From assembly GCA_963848295.1 (NCBI GenBank), contig CAWKDB010000010.1, positions 4,128,001 through 4,192,000 of the forward strand: a stretch of DNA of 64,000 nucleotides. Reading direction: 5' to 3'. A program made the position numbers and the translations under genes. Below are positions 47,564 through 56,888 of this stretch, piece after piece. The notes beneath the pieces were generated by a model that was given only the letters and a program-made list of their open reading frames with translations, was not told the origin of the DNA and made no database searches. This DNA comes from an uncultured delta proteobacterium (GTDB lineage Bacteria > Myxococcota_A > Polyangia > Haliangiales > Haliangiaceae). Every line of letters starts with the position of its first letter. The first letter of the stretch is position 1.

Positions 47564-47950
47564 ATGCGAGCCACCTGGTTCTTGATCGCCGCGATCGGCG
47601 GCAGCGTTGCTGCGTGCGGCGATCAGTGCCATGACGGCGAGTGGCACTGCGACGGCAACGACCTGATCGAGTGCACCACGCGAAACGACAATACGTTCGC
47701 GTTCCGGGACGACGGATCCTGCTCGCCCGCCCTGTGCGTCGAGGCCGAGTCCGACGGCGAGCCTGTTGCCGCCTGCAGCACAACCGGAGCTCCGGATCCG
47801 CAGTGCAACCAACCTCACGACACGCTCGGGTATTACGCATGCGCCGATCCCTCGACCCTCGTCTACTGCGTCTACGGCTACTCGAGGTTCGCCGAGACTT
47901 GTGACAGCGGTGCCTGCGTCGAATCGACGACGGGTGGTACGTGCCCCTAG
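47564..47950 (+). CDS. Cys-rich lipoprotein
   Basis: Lipobox VAAC; two Cys-rich units; its TAG stop is part of the IS1380 target site. Confidence 0.7.
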   Translation: MRATWFLIAAIGGSVAACGDQCHDGEWHCDGNDLIECTTRNDNTFAFRDDGSCSPALCVEAESDGEPVAACSTTGAPDPQCNQPHDTLGYYACADPSTLVYCVYGYSRFAETCDSGACVESTTGGTCP

Positions 47951-49587
47951 CCCGGATCATTCGTGATGGCTCCAGCTGACCGGCGCTTGGCGGCGGAGCC
48001 GCCTCGCGCACGGTCAGGGTACGTCGCGAGCTCGCATCGTTGCCGCGGCGCCACGCCGCAACGGTCGGCGATCCGGGAGGCGGCGCACTGGTTGTCAAAG
48101 AATCGCCGACTACGTGACGCCGAGGTCGCGCGCCACGGCGAAGAAGATGTGGGCGAGCGGGAAGGCTCGCGGCAGGCGGACGAGGACGCGGCGGACGGAT
48201 GCCGTGACGTGAGCCGCGACCTTGAGTAGCCGCAAGCGAAGAGTGTCCATCTGGGCGGTTGCGAGCCGAACGCGATCGGTGGAGACATACTCGGTGGCAG
48301 GGGCGACGCGCGCGACGGTGGCACGCAACGCATGCATCAAGCGGTAGGCGATGGCGTGCAGCAAGAGACGGAAGGCGTTGGCGACGAAGCGGTGACACGA
48401 CAGACGATCGGCGTGGAGCGCGTTCTTGAGGTCCTTGATGAAGTTCTCCGACTGCCCGCGTGCGCAGTAGGCGACGTCATAGATGAGACCTGGGGAGAAC
48501 TCGTCGAGCGTGGTCACCACGAATCGCGGATTCTCGCCGCGCTCGCTGTGCTCGACCTTGCAGATCACGTGACGCTCGGCGGGCCAGGACTTCGAGGCGT
48601 ACGACAGCCAAGTGAAGCGGCGAACGAATCGCTTGCCGTCGAGGAATTCCTCCTCGACGGAGGACCGCAGCGGCTTGGCAAACTCCAGCAGCCGCGAATT
48701 CTTCGCGACACCGATCACGTACTCGACGTCGCCGAGCTCGGCGTCAAGCTGCTCGAGGCGATCGAGGAGCTTGGGCATCGCAAACGCGGAGTCACCGCGC
48801 ACCAGGATGCTTGCGTGGGGGCACCGTCGGCGAATGGCTCGAATCAGCCGCGTGAGGATCGTGATCGCACCCTTGGCGGCGTGCGCACGCCCGGGCCGGA
48901 GCAAGGCGGTGATCAGCTGCCCACTCAGGGCGTCGAACACGAGCAGCGGGTGAAGCATGTGCTGGTCGTAGAAGCCGTGGAAACACATGAGCTCCTGGTT
49001 GCCGTGGGTCTGGTCATCGGTGGAGTCGATGTCCAGAACGATCAGGTCGGTCGTCGATACGAGTTCGTCGACGTAGACCTGCTCGTAGGCGCGAGTCAGC
49101 CGATTGAGCTCGCGACCGGTGATCGCGTTTTCGAACCGCGACAGCGTCGGCTGCGATGACATCGCGTGATCTTCGGCGTCGCACGCCAGGCGAAGTGCCG
49201 GATCGTGGCGCAACCAGTCCGCATCGTTGCAGTCCTCGTAGCCGAGGCAGATCTGATAGACGCGCTGCCGGACTTGCTCGAGGCGCGAATGCCGAACTCG
49301 AGCTGAGTCGCGCCGATCGCCGAGTAACGCTGTCAGACGCGTCGTCAGCTCCAACCGCTCGTCGAGCTTGCGCAGCAGCACGACGCCGCCATCGGAGGAC
49401 ACCTGTTCGGCGTCAGCGCTCAGAATCGCGCGGCGGCGCTGGAACTGAAGCTCGATCGGTGGAATACACGGTGTCGTCGGTGCGTGGGCAAATTCGTTTG
49501 TCTTCACAAACAGCGAAACCTGCGTACCGGCACCGAAATTCCGGCGATGCGCTCCTCGCGGCGCGCTCCCTTCGCGAATGATCCGGG
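47951..49587 (-). mobile_element. Complete IS1380-family insertion sequence (1637 bp)
   Basis: Terminal IRs CCCGGATCATTCGTGATGG / CCCGGATCATTCGCGAAGG (17/19); CTAG direct repeat at 47947-47950 and 49588-49591. Confidence 0.93.
48110..49507 (-). CDS. IS1380-family DDE transposase
   Basis: SSDGG, GYEDCNDAD.LRHDP, SQPTLSRFEN, LDIDSTDD, VRGDSAF, RGQSENFIKDLK. Confidence 0.95.
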   Translation of the reverse strand: MKTNEFAHAPTTPCIPPIELQFQRRRAILSADAEQVSSDGGVVLLRKLDERLELTTRLTALLGDRRDSARVRHSRLEQVRQRVYQICLGYEDCNDADWLRHDPALRLACDAEDHAMSSQPTLSRFENAITGRELNRLTRAYEQVYVDELVSTTDLIVLDIDSTDDQTHGNQELMCFHGFYDQHMLHPLLVFDALSGQLITALLRPGRAHAAKGAITILTRLIRAIRRRCPHASILVRGDSAFAMPKLLDRLEQLDAELGDVEYVIGVAKNSRLLEFAKPLRSSVEEEFLDGKRFVRRFTWLSYASKSWPAERHVICKVEHSERGENPRFVVTTLDEFSPGLIYDVAYCARGQSENFIKDLKNALHADRLSCHRFVANAFRLLLHAIAYRLMHALRATVARVAPATEYVSTDRVRLATAQMDTLRLRLLKVAAHVTASVRRVLVRLPRAFPLAHIFFAVARDLGVT

Positions 49588-49645
49588 CTAGCTCGACGCG
49601 ATCGGCCGGACGTTATCAACCATCGGATGTGCGGCAGGCGCTCGC

Positions 49646-50908
49646 TCAGATCCACGCCAGCGGGACGAGGCCGAGTAAGGCGAGCGCGACGAGCAAGACG
49701 AAAGCTCGTCGCCCCGTCGCTCTGTCGGCAAAGCTGTACGCGTAGATGGCCTTGATGATGTTGTTGCTCGCTGCGGCGATCGCGATCGCTGCGGCTGCGA
49801 GCGGCAGCGGGGTCGCCGACGCACCCTGGGCGAGCCCGAGGATAAACGGGTCGACGTCGGTGACGCCCATGATCGCGGCCAACGAAAACAGGCCGGCGCG
49901 ACCCAGATACTCACGTGCGAGGTTCGTGAGCACCAAGATCACGATGAAGACGACTGCGAACAGGAACGCGGCTCTAAGCTCGAGAGGGTTCTTCGGGTCA
50001 CGGTGCTGCGAGGCGGCTGTGGGGGTGCCATCCTCTCTTCGAGATTCGAGCCATCCGGCGATGCCGCCGATCACGCCGAGCCCGACAAAGGCAGGGGCGA
50101 GCTTGGCAGCCAGGCCGAGATCGAACAGCGCGAGCAGGATCACCAACCGCACGTACATCACGCCGGACGCGATGAGGATGCTGCCGCTGAACAGCCGCGG
50201 TCGCTGCTCTTGCTTCGCCTGTCGCGCGAGGACGACGGTCGTCACCGTCGAGGAATACGCGCCTCCGAGGATCGCGGACAGCACGATACCGCCGCGCCCC
50301 TTGAGCAGGCGTTGCAGTACGTAGCTCGCGAACGACACGCCGCTCACCGCGACAACGACGAGCCAAGTCTTGAACGGATCGAGATGAAATCGAGTCAGCT
50401 CGCGATCGGGAACGATCGGCAAGATCACCACCGCGAGCATCAAGAACTTCGCGAACGTGATGATCTCGTTCGAGGCGATATACGTGGTCAGTTGCTCGAG
50501 GCCCTTCTTGAGCTGGAGCAACAGTACGCTGAGCACCGCGATCGTGGTCGCGATCCAGTAATAGTCGTGCTGGACCAGCCCGCCCATCACGTATGTCGCG
50601 AGCGCGGAGATCTCGGTCACGACGCCGGCCGGCGGTTCGCCGGAGAGCTTGTGATAGTAGGACAGCAGCATGAAGCCACCGACCACCGCGAAGCCGATCA
50701 TCCAAGGCACGAGGTCGGGGGTGGCGATCAGTGCGAGCCCGTAACTGACGAGTCCTATCAGCGGGAAGGTCGTGATTCCACCGAACGCATACCCCGCATC
50801 GCGCTGCTTGTGCTCCTCTCGCTCGAGTCCGACAAAAAGCGAGAGCGCGAGCAGGAGCGCGATGTTGAGCGCGTCGACCGGCACCATCGGGAGCAGGTCC
50901 CTGAGCAT
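49646..50908 (-). CDS. MgtC/SapB-family membrane protein with DUF4010
   Basis: VGLERE...FGGITTFPLI; LGGAYSSTVTT; GVTDVDPF. Confidence 0.88.
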   Translation of the reverse strand: MLRDLLPMVPVDALNIALLLALSLFVGLEREEHKQRDAGYAFGGITTFPLIGLVSYGLALIATPDLVPWMIGFAVVGGFMLLSYYHKLSGEPPAGVVTEISALATYVMGGLVQHDYYWIATTIAVLSVLLLQLKKGLEQLTTYIASNEIITFAKFLMLAVVILPIVPDRELTRFHLDPFKTWLVVVAVSGVSFASYVLQRLLKGRGGIVLSAILGGAYSSTVTTVVLARQAKQEQRPRLFSGSILIASGVMYVRLVILLALFDLGLAAKLAPAFVGLGVIGGIAGWLESRREDGTPTAASQHRDPKNPLELRAAFLFAVVFIVILVLTNLAREYLGRAGLFSLAAIMGVTDVDPFILGLAQGASATPLPLAAAAIAIAAASNNIIKAIYAYSFADRATGRRAFVLLVALALLGLVPLAWI

Positions 50909-51049
50909 CGTCCGAGATTACATGTCGGATCGCACAGACTCTCGCAAGATGGGCGCCGAACATCGGTCCGGCACGCTGTGCTCGTCGCAGCTCCCGAGCT
51001 CGCGCGGCGCGATCGAGGAAGGGACCACGACTTGCACGGCGATCGCGGC

Positions 51050-52192
51050 ATGGAGCCTCGTACGACTGGGGATGGACGGCGATCGCGGACGATGGTCGCG
51101 GCGTGCGTGATCGCCGCAATGGCCGCGGCGTGTTCGCGCGAGCGCGATCGCTCACCGCCGCCGCCGGTCGCCGATCGCGTCGGTTCGCTGCGCAAAGCCG
51201 CACCTACCACCGATGTCGACCTGCACCGGCTCGCCACGGCGCTCGTGTCTGCAAGAGCTTGCGAGCAGCTCCGAGGCCGATGGACAGGGATCCGCGACGC
51301 CGAGCGACCGACCGTCACCGGTACGTTGTGGATCCGCGGATGCGATGTCTTCATCGACGGAGACATCGTCAGCTTCGTCGTGCGCGGTGCGGGGTGGCAG
51401 TGGGGAGACTTCACGCGGCAGCGATCGCGTGTCGTCCGCGAAACGCAGCGGTTCGACTTGACCGCCACGGTGAAAGGCACGCTCGCGATCCGCTACGACG
51501 ATTCCAGGCGCATCATGGGCATCGCGTTCCACCCGACGAGCGTCCCACTGTGGGCGCTGATACCGCTCGATACGGACCTGGGCAGACCGGAACACGAGCA
51601 ACGGCTTCGTGCCGTCGTCTTGAGTGCGATCCTGGGCGCAGTCGTGCGTCGACGGACCCCGGAGGTTCTCGATCTCGAGGCCTGGGCGAATCCAACAAAC
51701 GTCACGGTCTCCATGACGGCGTGGCTGTGTACCGGCCTGTGGTGGCTCTCCGTCGGATCGAGCCTCACGCCCCGAGAGCCCGACGCGTGGCCGGCGCCGA
51801 TCGATCTCGGGCCCGGCGGTCTCGCGATCTACGGGCCGCTCCCGGCAACCCAAGCCGTCACTGTCGTGGCCGAGCCTCGCGACGGGACGCCTCGAGTGTC
51901 GTTGATGTGCGAATCCGACGCACGACGACTCGCAGTCGCGTTCCTCGCGGGGCGAAGCCTCCCGGCCGTTACCGCGCTGGCGACCAACGTGCTGACCCGC
52001 GAGGCGAGCCTCCGGGCTACGCAGCCACGCTGTCCGGTCGTGCTCGTGGCGTCGTCTCCGCCGGGTCGCCCGTCGCGACTCGCGTGGCGCAGCGGAGTGG
52101 ACGCTCAGCTGTTGACCGAGCCGGCTGTGAATTGCCCGCGTCCCGCCGATCAGCCCGCGCCCGAACGCTTGGCGCCCGGTCCGCCGAGCTGA
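51050..52192 (+). CDS. Hypothetical lipoprotein
   Basis: Lipobox AAAC after a hydrophobic stretch; start 51050 or 51092. Confidence 0.6.
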   Translation: MEPRTTGDGRRSRTMVAACVIAAMAAACSRERDRSPPPPVADRVGSLRKAAPTTDVDLHRLATALVSARACEQLRGRWTGIRDAERPTVTGTLWIRGCDVFIDGDIVSFVVRGAGWQWGDFTRQRSRVVRETQRFDLTATVKGTLAIRYDDSRRIMGIAFHPTSVPLWALIPLDTDLGRPEHEQRLRAVVLSAILGAVVRRRTPEVLDLEAWANPTNVTVSMTAWLCTGLWWLSVGSSLTPREPDAWPAPIDLGPGGLAIYGPLPATQAVTVVAEPRDGTPRVSLMCESDARRLAVAFLAGRSLPAVTALATNVLTREASLRATQPRCPVVLVASSPPGRPSRLAWRSGVDAQLLTEPAVNCPRPADQPAPERLAPGPPS

Positions 52193-52230
52193 CACGCTCG
52201 AGCCTCGCGCGACGCCCGCACGCTTCCCGG

Positions 52231-52593
52231 TCAGGGGATGTCACACTGGCCACGCGCCATGTAAGCCGCCCGCTTGTGGATGAGCGCGCGCAACGTCGCG
52301 AGGCGGTCGGGCGTCGCTGGTGTCAGCATGATCAGGGCACCATCGTCGACGTCCTCGGCGCCGGCGGCGATCCCGGTGCGAACGTACGTGGCGGCCAGCA
52401 TGCGCACATCCTTTCGCAGCCGCACGGCGTCGCCGGTCGTGACAAACGTCAGCGCAACACCGTCGGCGGTATCCTCGGCCGCAACACTCGTCCCGCGCAC
52501 CCGCATGGGGCACTCGGCGGGCGGATCCGCCGCGGTCTGCGCCGGGTCGCATCCCGATACCGCGAACGCAACGAGGGCAACGGCGCATCGCAT
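52231..52593 (-). CDS. Small hypothetical lipoprotein
   Basis: Lipobox VSGC; internal duplication AEDTADGVALTF / AEDVDDGALIML. Confidence 0.7.
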   Translation of the reverse strand: MRCAVALVAFAVSGCDPAQTAADPPAECPMRVRGTSVAAEDTADGVALTFVTTGDAVRLRKDVRMLAATYVRTGIAAGAEDVDDGALIMLTPATPDRLATLRALIHKRAAYMARGQCDIP

Positions 52594-52608
52594 ATCGCAG
52601 ACGAGATC

Positions 52609-52624
52609 AGCAATCGCCGTGCCC
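52609..52624 (-). promoter_or_regulatory. Putative sigma54 promoter
   Basis: Minus strand gGGCACggcgaTTGCT, near-perfect consensus, 17 nt before the ATG. Confidence 0.7.
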
Positions 52625-52708
52625 ACGCTCTCGAATCCACCGCGGTGCACGCGCTCGGCCCGCGAGCGCGCATGAAGTTGCCTGGTCGCGAACGACCGCG
52701 TCAGCGGG

Positions 52709-54274
52709 TCAGCCAGTCACCGAATGAATGCCGGTGGCGCCGTCGGGATGCGGCGGCTCCGACCGGATCGCTTGAAGCGCACCGGTGCCGTCGTAGGCGC
52801 GTACGCGAAACACGTGGCGACCCGGCCGAGACGGCCACGCGTAGCGCCACAGCACCCAACACAGCGGACCGAGCGGCGGCGCGACGAGCTCTGCCGGCGC
52901 CCACGGCGCGTCGTCGACTTGCACCTCGACCCGAGAGATCCCGCGCGCGCCGGCGTACGCGATGCCGCCGATCGCGGTCCCCGCTACCGTGTCGATCACC
53001 GACGTGGTGTGCGGGATCGCCGTGCGACTCCAGCCGCGATCGACCCAGTACCCCGGTCCGAGACGATCGCTCGCGCGCAGCCGGGTGAGCCATTTCGGCT
53101 GCTTCATGCCGTGGCGGTTCGGGATGTAGATGCGCAGCGGAAACCCGTGGCGCTCGGGCAGGGGCTCGCGGTTCATGTCGTAAACGAGCAGCGTGCGCGG
53201 ATCGTCCGCATCGGCGAGTGCGACGCTTTCGTAGAACCCGTCCGCGGCGGTGAGATCGATCGCCGCGGCGGAATCGCGCACCCCGGCGCGTGCGAGCACG
53301 TCGCGTAGCCGCACACCGGTCCACAGACTCGTGCCGATCAGATCACCGCCGAGCGGATTCGAGATGCACTCGAGCGTGATCACCTGCGACACGCTCGGCA
53401 GCCGGCGCAGCTCGGCGAGCGACAGCGCGAGCGGGTGATCGACCAATCCGTCGACGACGAGCCGCCACGCCACGGGATCGATGTGCGGCGGCTCGAGGTT
53501 GATGTCGACGCGATAGAAGTCGGCGTTCGAGGTCAGCTCGGGCCGCGTGCCCGGCACCGGCGCGATCCTGCGCGCGAGCACGTCCGAGGGCGGCGATGCG
53601 GCCGGGCCCTCGGTCGCGCCGAGCTCGAGCGGGGTCGGTCGGCGCACGAGGCTCGCGAGCCGGCGCCCGGTTCGCCGCAGCAAGCTCGATATCCCGAACA
53701 GGCCGGCCGCGAGTGCGAGCGTGCCGCCGACCGCGACGATGACGAACCGGCGGCGCGCCGAGATCTGATCGGGCTCGGCATCGAGCGCGGCGCGCCGGCC
53801 CACGAGCTCGCCTAGACCGGCGCCCCACCCGAGCATCACGATCGCGACCGCGCACGTGCCGACCGCGGTGAACCGGCCCAGCTCCACGCGCGCGACGACA
53901 TCGATCGCGAGCCACGTCGCGCCGGCAGTGAGGCCGATCGCGATCGCGCGGTGGCGAGATCGGCGCCCCAGCGCTGTCGCGATCGCGCCCGCGATCGCGC
54001 ACCCCGCGATGAACCCGCCGAGCGCCATCCCCTGTTCGGCGAGCTTTGCCGCCACACCGATCGGATGGATCCCGAGCGCGCTGATCGCCGAGATCATCGC
54101 GTCGATGCTGCGAGTGAGCACACCGCCCGGCAGCGCACGGGTCAGCCATTCGAACAGGTCGAACGGCACGAACGGCACGTTCGCTATCGCGTTGCCGAGC
54201 TCGAGCACGGCGAGCGCGAGCACGCTGGTGAGAGCGCCCAGGAACGAGCCCGACCAGGACGAAGCGCGGTGCAC
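52709..54274 (-). CDS. Membrane-anchored molybdopterin oxidoreductase (sulfite oxidase family)
   Basis: FYRVDI, WRLVVDGLV, TLECISN, WTGVRLRDVL, HGFPLR...GMKQPKW; N-terminal TM helices; start GTG 54274 or TTG 54292. Confidence 0.9.
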   Translation of the reverse strand: MHRASSWSGSFLGALTSVLALAVLELGNAIANVPFVPFDLFEWLTRALPGGVLTRSIDAMISAISALGIHPIGVAAKLAEQGMALGGFIAGCAIAGAIATALGRRSRHRAIAIGLTAGATWLAIDVVARVELGRFTAVGTCAVAIVMLGWGAGLGELVGRRAALDAEPDQISARRRFVIVAVGGTLALAAGLFGISSLLRRTGRRLASLVRRPTPLELGATEGPAASPPSDVLARRIAPVPGTRPELTSNADFYRVDINLEPPHIDPVAWRLVVDGLVDHPLALSLAELRRLPSVSQVITLECISNPLGGDLIGTSLWTGVRLRDVLARAGVRDSAAAIDLTAADGFYESVALADADDPRTLLVYDMNREPLPERHGFPLRIYIPNRHGMKQPKWLTRLRASDRLGPGYWVDRGWSRTAIPHTTSVIDTVAGTAIGGIAYAGARGISRVEVQVDDAPWAPAELVAPPLGPLCWVLWRYAWPSRPGRHVFRVRAYDGTGALQAIRSEPPHPDGATGIHSVTG

Positions 54275-54287
54275 GGCTCGGATCGAG

Positions 54288-54303
54288 TGCAAGGCGCTCG
54301 CCG
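54288..54303 (-). promoter_or_regulatory. Putative sigma54 promoter
   Basis: Minus strand cGGcgagcgccTTGCa, 15 nt before GTG 54274. Confidence 0.5.
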
Positions 54304-54337
54304 TCTCGTGCCGCGCGATGAATCTTCGCTTGCGGCG

Positions 54338-55309
54338 CTACGGCACAGCTCTCCGCACCGGCGGCTTGTCCGCTCGATCGCGGGCGCCGGTTAACACCGC
54401 GATGGGCTTCATCACCGGCCGCGGGATGCCCGATGGATGGCTGACGACCTCGAACACCGAGTCCCAGTCGGCGGTGGTGAACGGCTGGCTCTCGCCCGGC
54501 GCATCTCTGACCGCCTCGATCGCGGCCATTCGGTCCTCTCCGCTCGCACGCGTGCGCGGATGCGCCTCGAAGTAGAGCACGCCGTGATCCCATGCGGCCA
54601 GGTCGTGCTCGTCGATGATCCGCACCGGCGTCCCGAGCGTGACGCGCGCGAACAGCGCCTGGATGTCCGCCGGGTACAGTCGAATGCACCCGTGCGTCAG
54701 CTGCATGCCGATGCCGAAGTGCTTGTTCGTGCCGTGGATCAGGTAGCCCTCGAACCCGAGGCGCAGCGCGTAGTGTCCGAGGGGATTGGTCGGGCCCGGT
54801 TCGACGACCGCCGGAAGCGGATGTCCGTCGAGCGCGTGCTCGTCGAGAATCGACGGTGGTACCTGCCAGACCGGATCGCGTTCCTTCGCGATCACCGTGG
54901 TCGTCCCGACCGGAGTGGGCCAATGCTCGCGGCCGATCGCGATGGGATAGGTCATCACGATCGAGTCGCGTTCGGTCGAGGCAGGCGGAAAGTAGAACAA
55001 CCGCATCGCGGCGACGTTGACGACGATCCCGACGCGCGGAACGTTCGGGAGGATGTATCGCGTGGGCAGCTCGACCTGCGCGCCTTCGGTGGGCAACCAC
55101 GGATCGACTGACGGGTTCGCCGCGACGAGCTCCTCGTAGCCGAGGTCGAACCGGCGCGCGAGGTCCATCAGGGTCTCTCCGGCATGGACGGTGACCACGT
55201 GCATCTCACCGACGATCGTGGTCTTCGCGCCTACGCTGAACGTCTCGGCGGACGCCGTGGGTGCGGCGCAAGTGCACGCCGCGATCGCGCATGCGAGATG
55301 GCGCAGCAC
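54338..55309 (-). CDS. L,D-transpeptidase (ErfK/YbiS/YcfS/YnhG family) with LysM-like domain
   Basis: ETLMDLARRFDLG...ANP.VDPWLP; GPTNPLG; IHGTN...THGCIRL (catalytic His and Cys). Confidence 0.93.
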   Translation of the reverse strand: MLRHLACAIAACTCAAPTASAETFSVGAKTTIVGEMHVVTVHAGETLMDLARRFDLGYEELVAANPSVDPWLPTEGAQVELPTRYILPNVPRVGIVVNVAAMRLFYFPPASTERDSIVMTYPIAIGREHWPTPVGTTTVIAKERDPVWQVPPSILDEHALDGHPLPAVVEPGPTNPLGHYALRLGFEGYLIHGTNKHFGIGMQLTHGCIRLYPADIQALFARVTLGTPVRIIDEHDLAAWDHGVLYFEAHPRTRASGEDRMAAIEAVRDAPGESQPFTTADWDSVFEVVSHPSGIPRPVMKPIAVLTGARDRADKPPVRRAVP

Positions 55310-55327
55310 GGCGGCACCGGATCGGAT

Positions 55328-55642
55328 CTACTTCTCCATCGCCTTGGTCATCATGCGCTTGGCCTTTTCAGCGTCTGCTTTGGCAAGCGCCTTCGCGTCG
55401 TTCGCGGCTTGCAGCGCTTGATCGGCGACCGGGGCGATTCCGTTCGCGCTTGCCTCGGCCTGGTCGGCCCGCTTCAGCGCCTCGTTGGCAGTGCGTTGCG
55501 CCTGATCGGCCTTGGTCGACGCCGCGTCTGCGCTGTCTTGGACGTGCGCGAGTTGCGCCGGGGTCACCGTGTGCGCGCACCCTGCAGCGACGACAACCAA
55601 CATGCCCAGCATTGCCTTGATGACGCGTCTTGACTCTCGCAT
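55328..55642 (-). CDS. Lpp/OprI-like alanine-zipper lipoprotein with C-terminal Lys
   Basis: Lipobox AAGC, Ala-rich heptads, ends KAMEK; RBS AAGGAG; directly upstream of the LDT. Confidence 0.8.
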   Translation of the reverse strand: MRESRRVIKAMLGMLVVVAAGCAHTVTPAQLAHVQDSADAASTKADQAQRTANEALKRADQAEASANGIAPVADQALQAANDAKALAKADAEKAKRMMTKAMEK

Positions 55643-55781
55643 AGCAATCTCCTTTCGCGCGCATCTGGTGCATCACGCGGACCAAGCGGCGCTTGAACCG
55701 AAGTGCCTCACTGCACGGATACGGCGAGCGTGAGCGAGCGCTCCAGACCTCGAGGTCTCGTTCTTGCAATTTCACTGGGCG

Positions 55782-56888
55782 ATGACCGTCGTCGCCGCGA
55801 TCGTCGTGCGCGAGCGCACGGCGTATGTCCGTCTGCACGACGTACTGGTGATCCCGACGATCGGCCCGCTCGACGAGGCGCTGCTCGCGTTGGCGGCGAG
55901 GCGCGACCTCGAGGAGATCCGACTCGACTTCGCAGAGGTGTCTCGCGCGGATTCGTCGGCGGTCGCGGTCGTCGAGCTCGCGCGCCAGTCGACCGCCGCG
56001 CGGATCGCGCTCGACCGCATGCCTGCGCCGGTGCAGGCGGTGTTCGACTCGCTGGGCGAGCGCCCGCTCGTTCCGTTGACCGAGCTGCCGCGCGCGCCGG
56101 TGCTCGAGCGACTCGGTGGGCGGATCTATGGTATCGCGCGCGCGATTCGCGCGTTCGGCGGATTGATCGCGAGCGCCACCCGGCTGTCGGGCGCGGCGGC
56201 GCTGCACCGCGCTCGGTTGCCGTCGGCCTCGGTTGGCGGCCAAGTCGCGACGATGGGCGCAGCGGCGGTCGGGATCGTCTCTCTGCTCGGCTTCCTGCTC
56301 GGGGTCTCGGTCGCGTTTCAGGGCGCGCTCCAGCTCCGCCGGCTCGGCGCGGCCGAGTACGTCGCCGGCCTGGTCGGGCTGTCGATGGTGCGCGAGCTCG
56401 CGCCGCTGATGACCGCGATCGTGGTCACCGGAAGATCCGGCGCCGCGATCGCCGCCGAGCTGGGAACGATGCGGGCGCGCGCGGAGATCGACGCGCTCGC
56501 TACGATGGGGATCAATCCGGTGCGCTACCTCGTGGTGCCGCGGCTGATCGCGCTCACGATCGTGATGCCCGTGCTCACGCTGGCCGGTACGTTCGCCGGG
56601 CTCGCCGGCGGCACCGTCGTGTGCGACCTCGTGCTGCGGATGTCGCCGCAGGCTTACTGGTGGCACATCAGCTCGGCGCTCGACGTCGCCGACTTCGCAC
56701 GCGGCGTCGCCAAGAGCATCGCGTTCGCATGGATCATCGGCCTGTCGGGCGCCCACCTCGGCATGCGCGCGCGCCGGGACGCCGGAGGCGTCGGGTTCGC
56801 GACCACCCGCGCGGTGGTCACGGCGGTGTTCTGGATCATCGTGTTCGACGCGGCGTTCGAGTCGATCGCCACGCTGGTGTCGGCATGA
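55782..56888 (+). CDS. mlaE: MlaE-family ABC permease with N-terminal STAS domain
   Basis: DFAEVSRADSS (STAS); VRELAPLMTAIVVTGRSGAAIAAELGTM. Confidence 0.9.
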   Translation: MTVVAAIVVRERTAYVRLHDVLVIPTIGPLDEALLALAARRDLEEIRLDFAEVSRADSSAVAVVELARQSTAARIALDRMPAPVQAVFDSLGERPLVPLTELPRAPVLERLGGRIYGIARAIRAFGGLIASATRLSGAAALHRARLPSASVGGQVATMGAAAVGIVSLLGFLLGVSVAFQGALQLRRLGAAEYVAGLVGLSMVRELAPLMTAIVVTGRSGAAIAAELGTMRARAEIDALATMGINPVRYLVVPRLIALTIVMPVLTLAGTFAGLAGGTVVCDLVLRMSPQAYWWHISSALDVADFARGVAKSIAFAWIIGLSGAHLGMRARRDAGGVGFATTRAVVTAVFWIIVFDAAFESIATLVSA

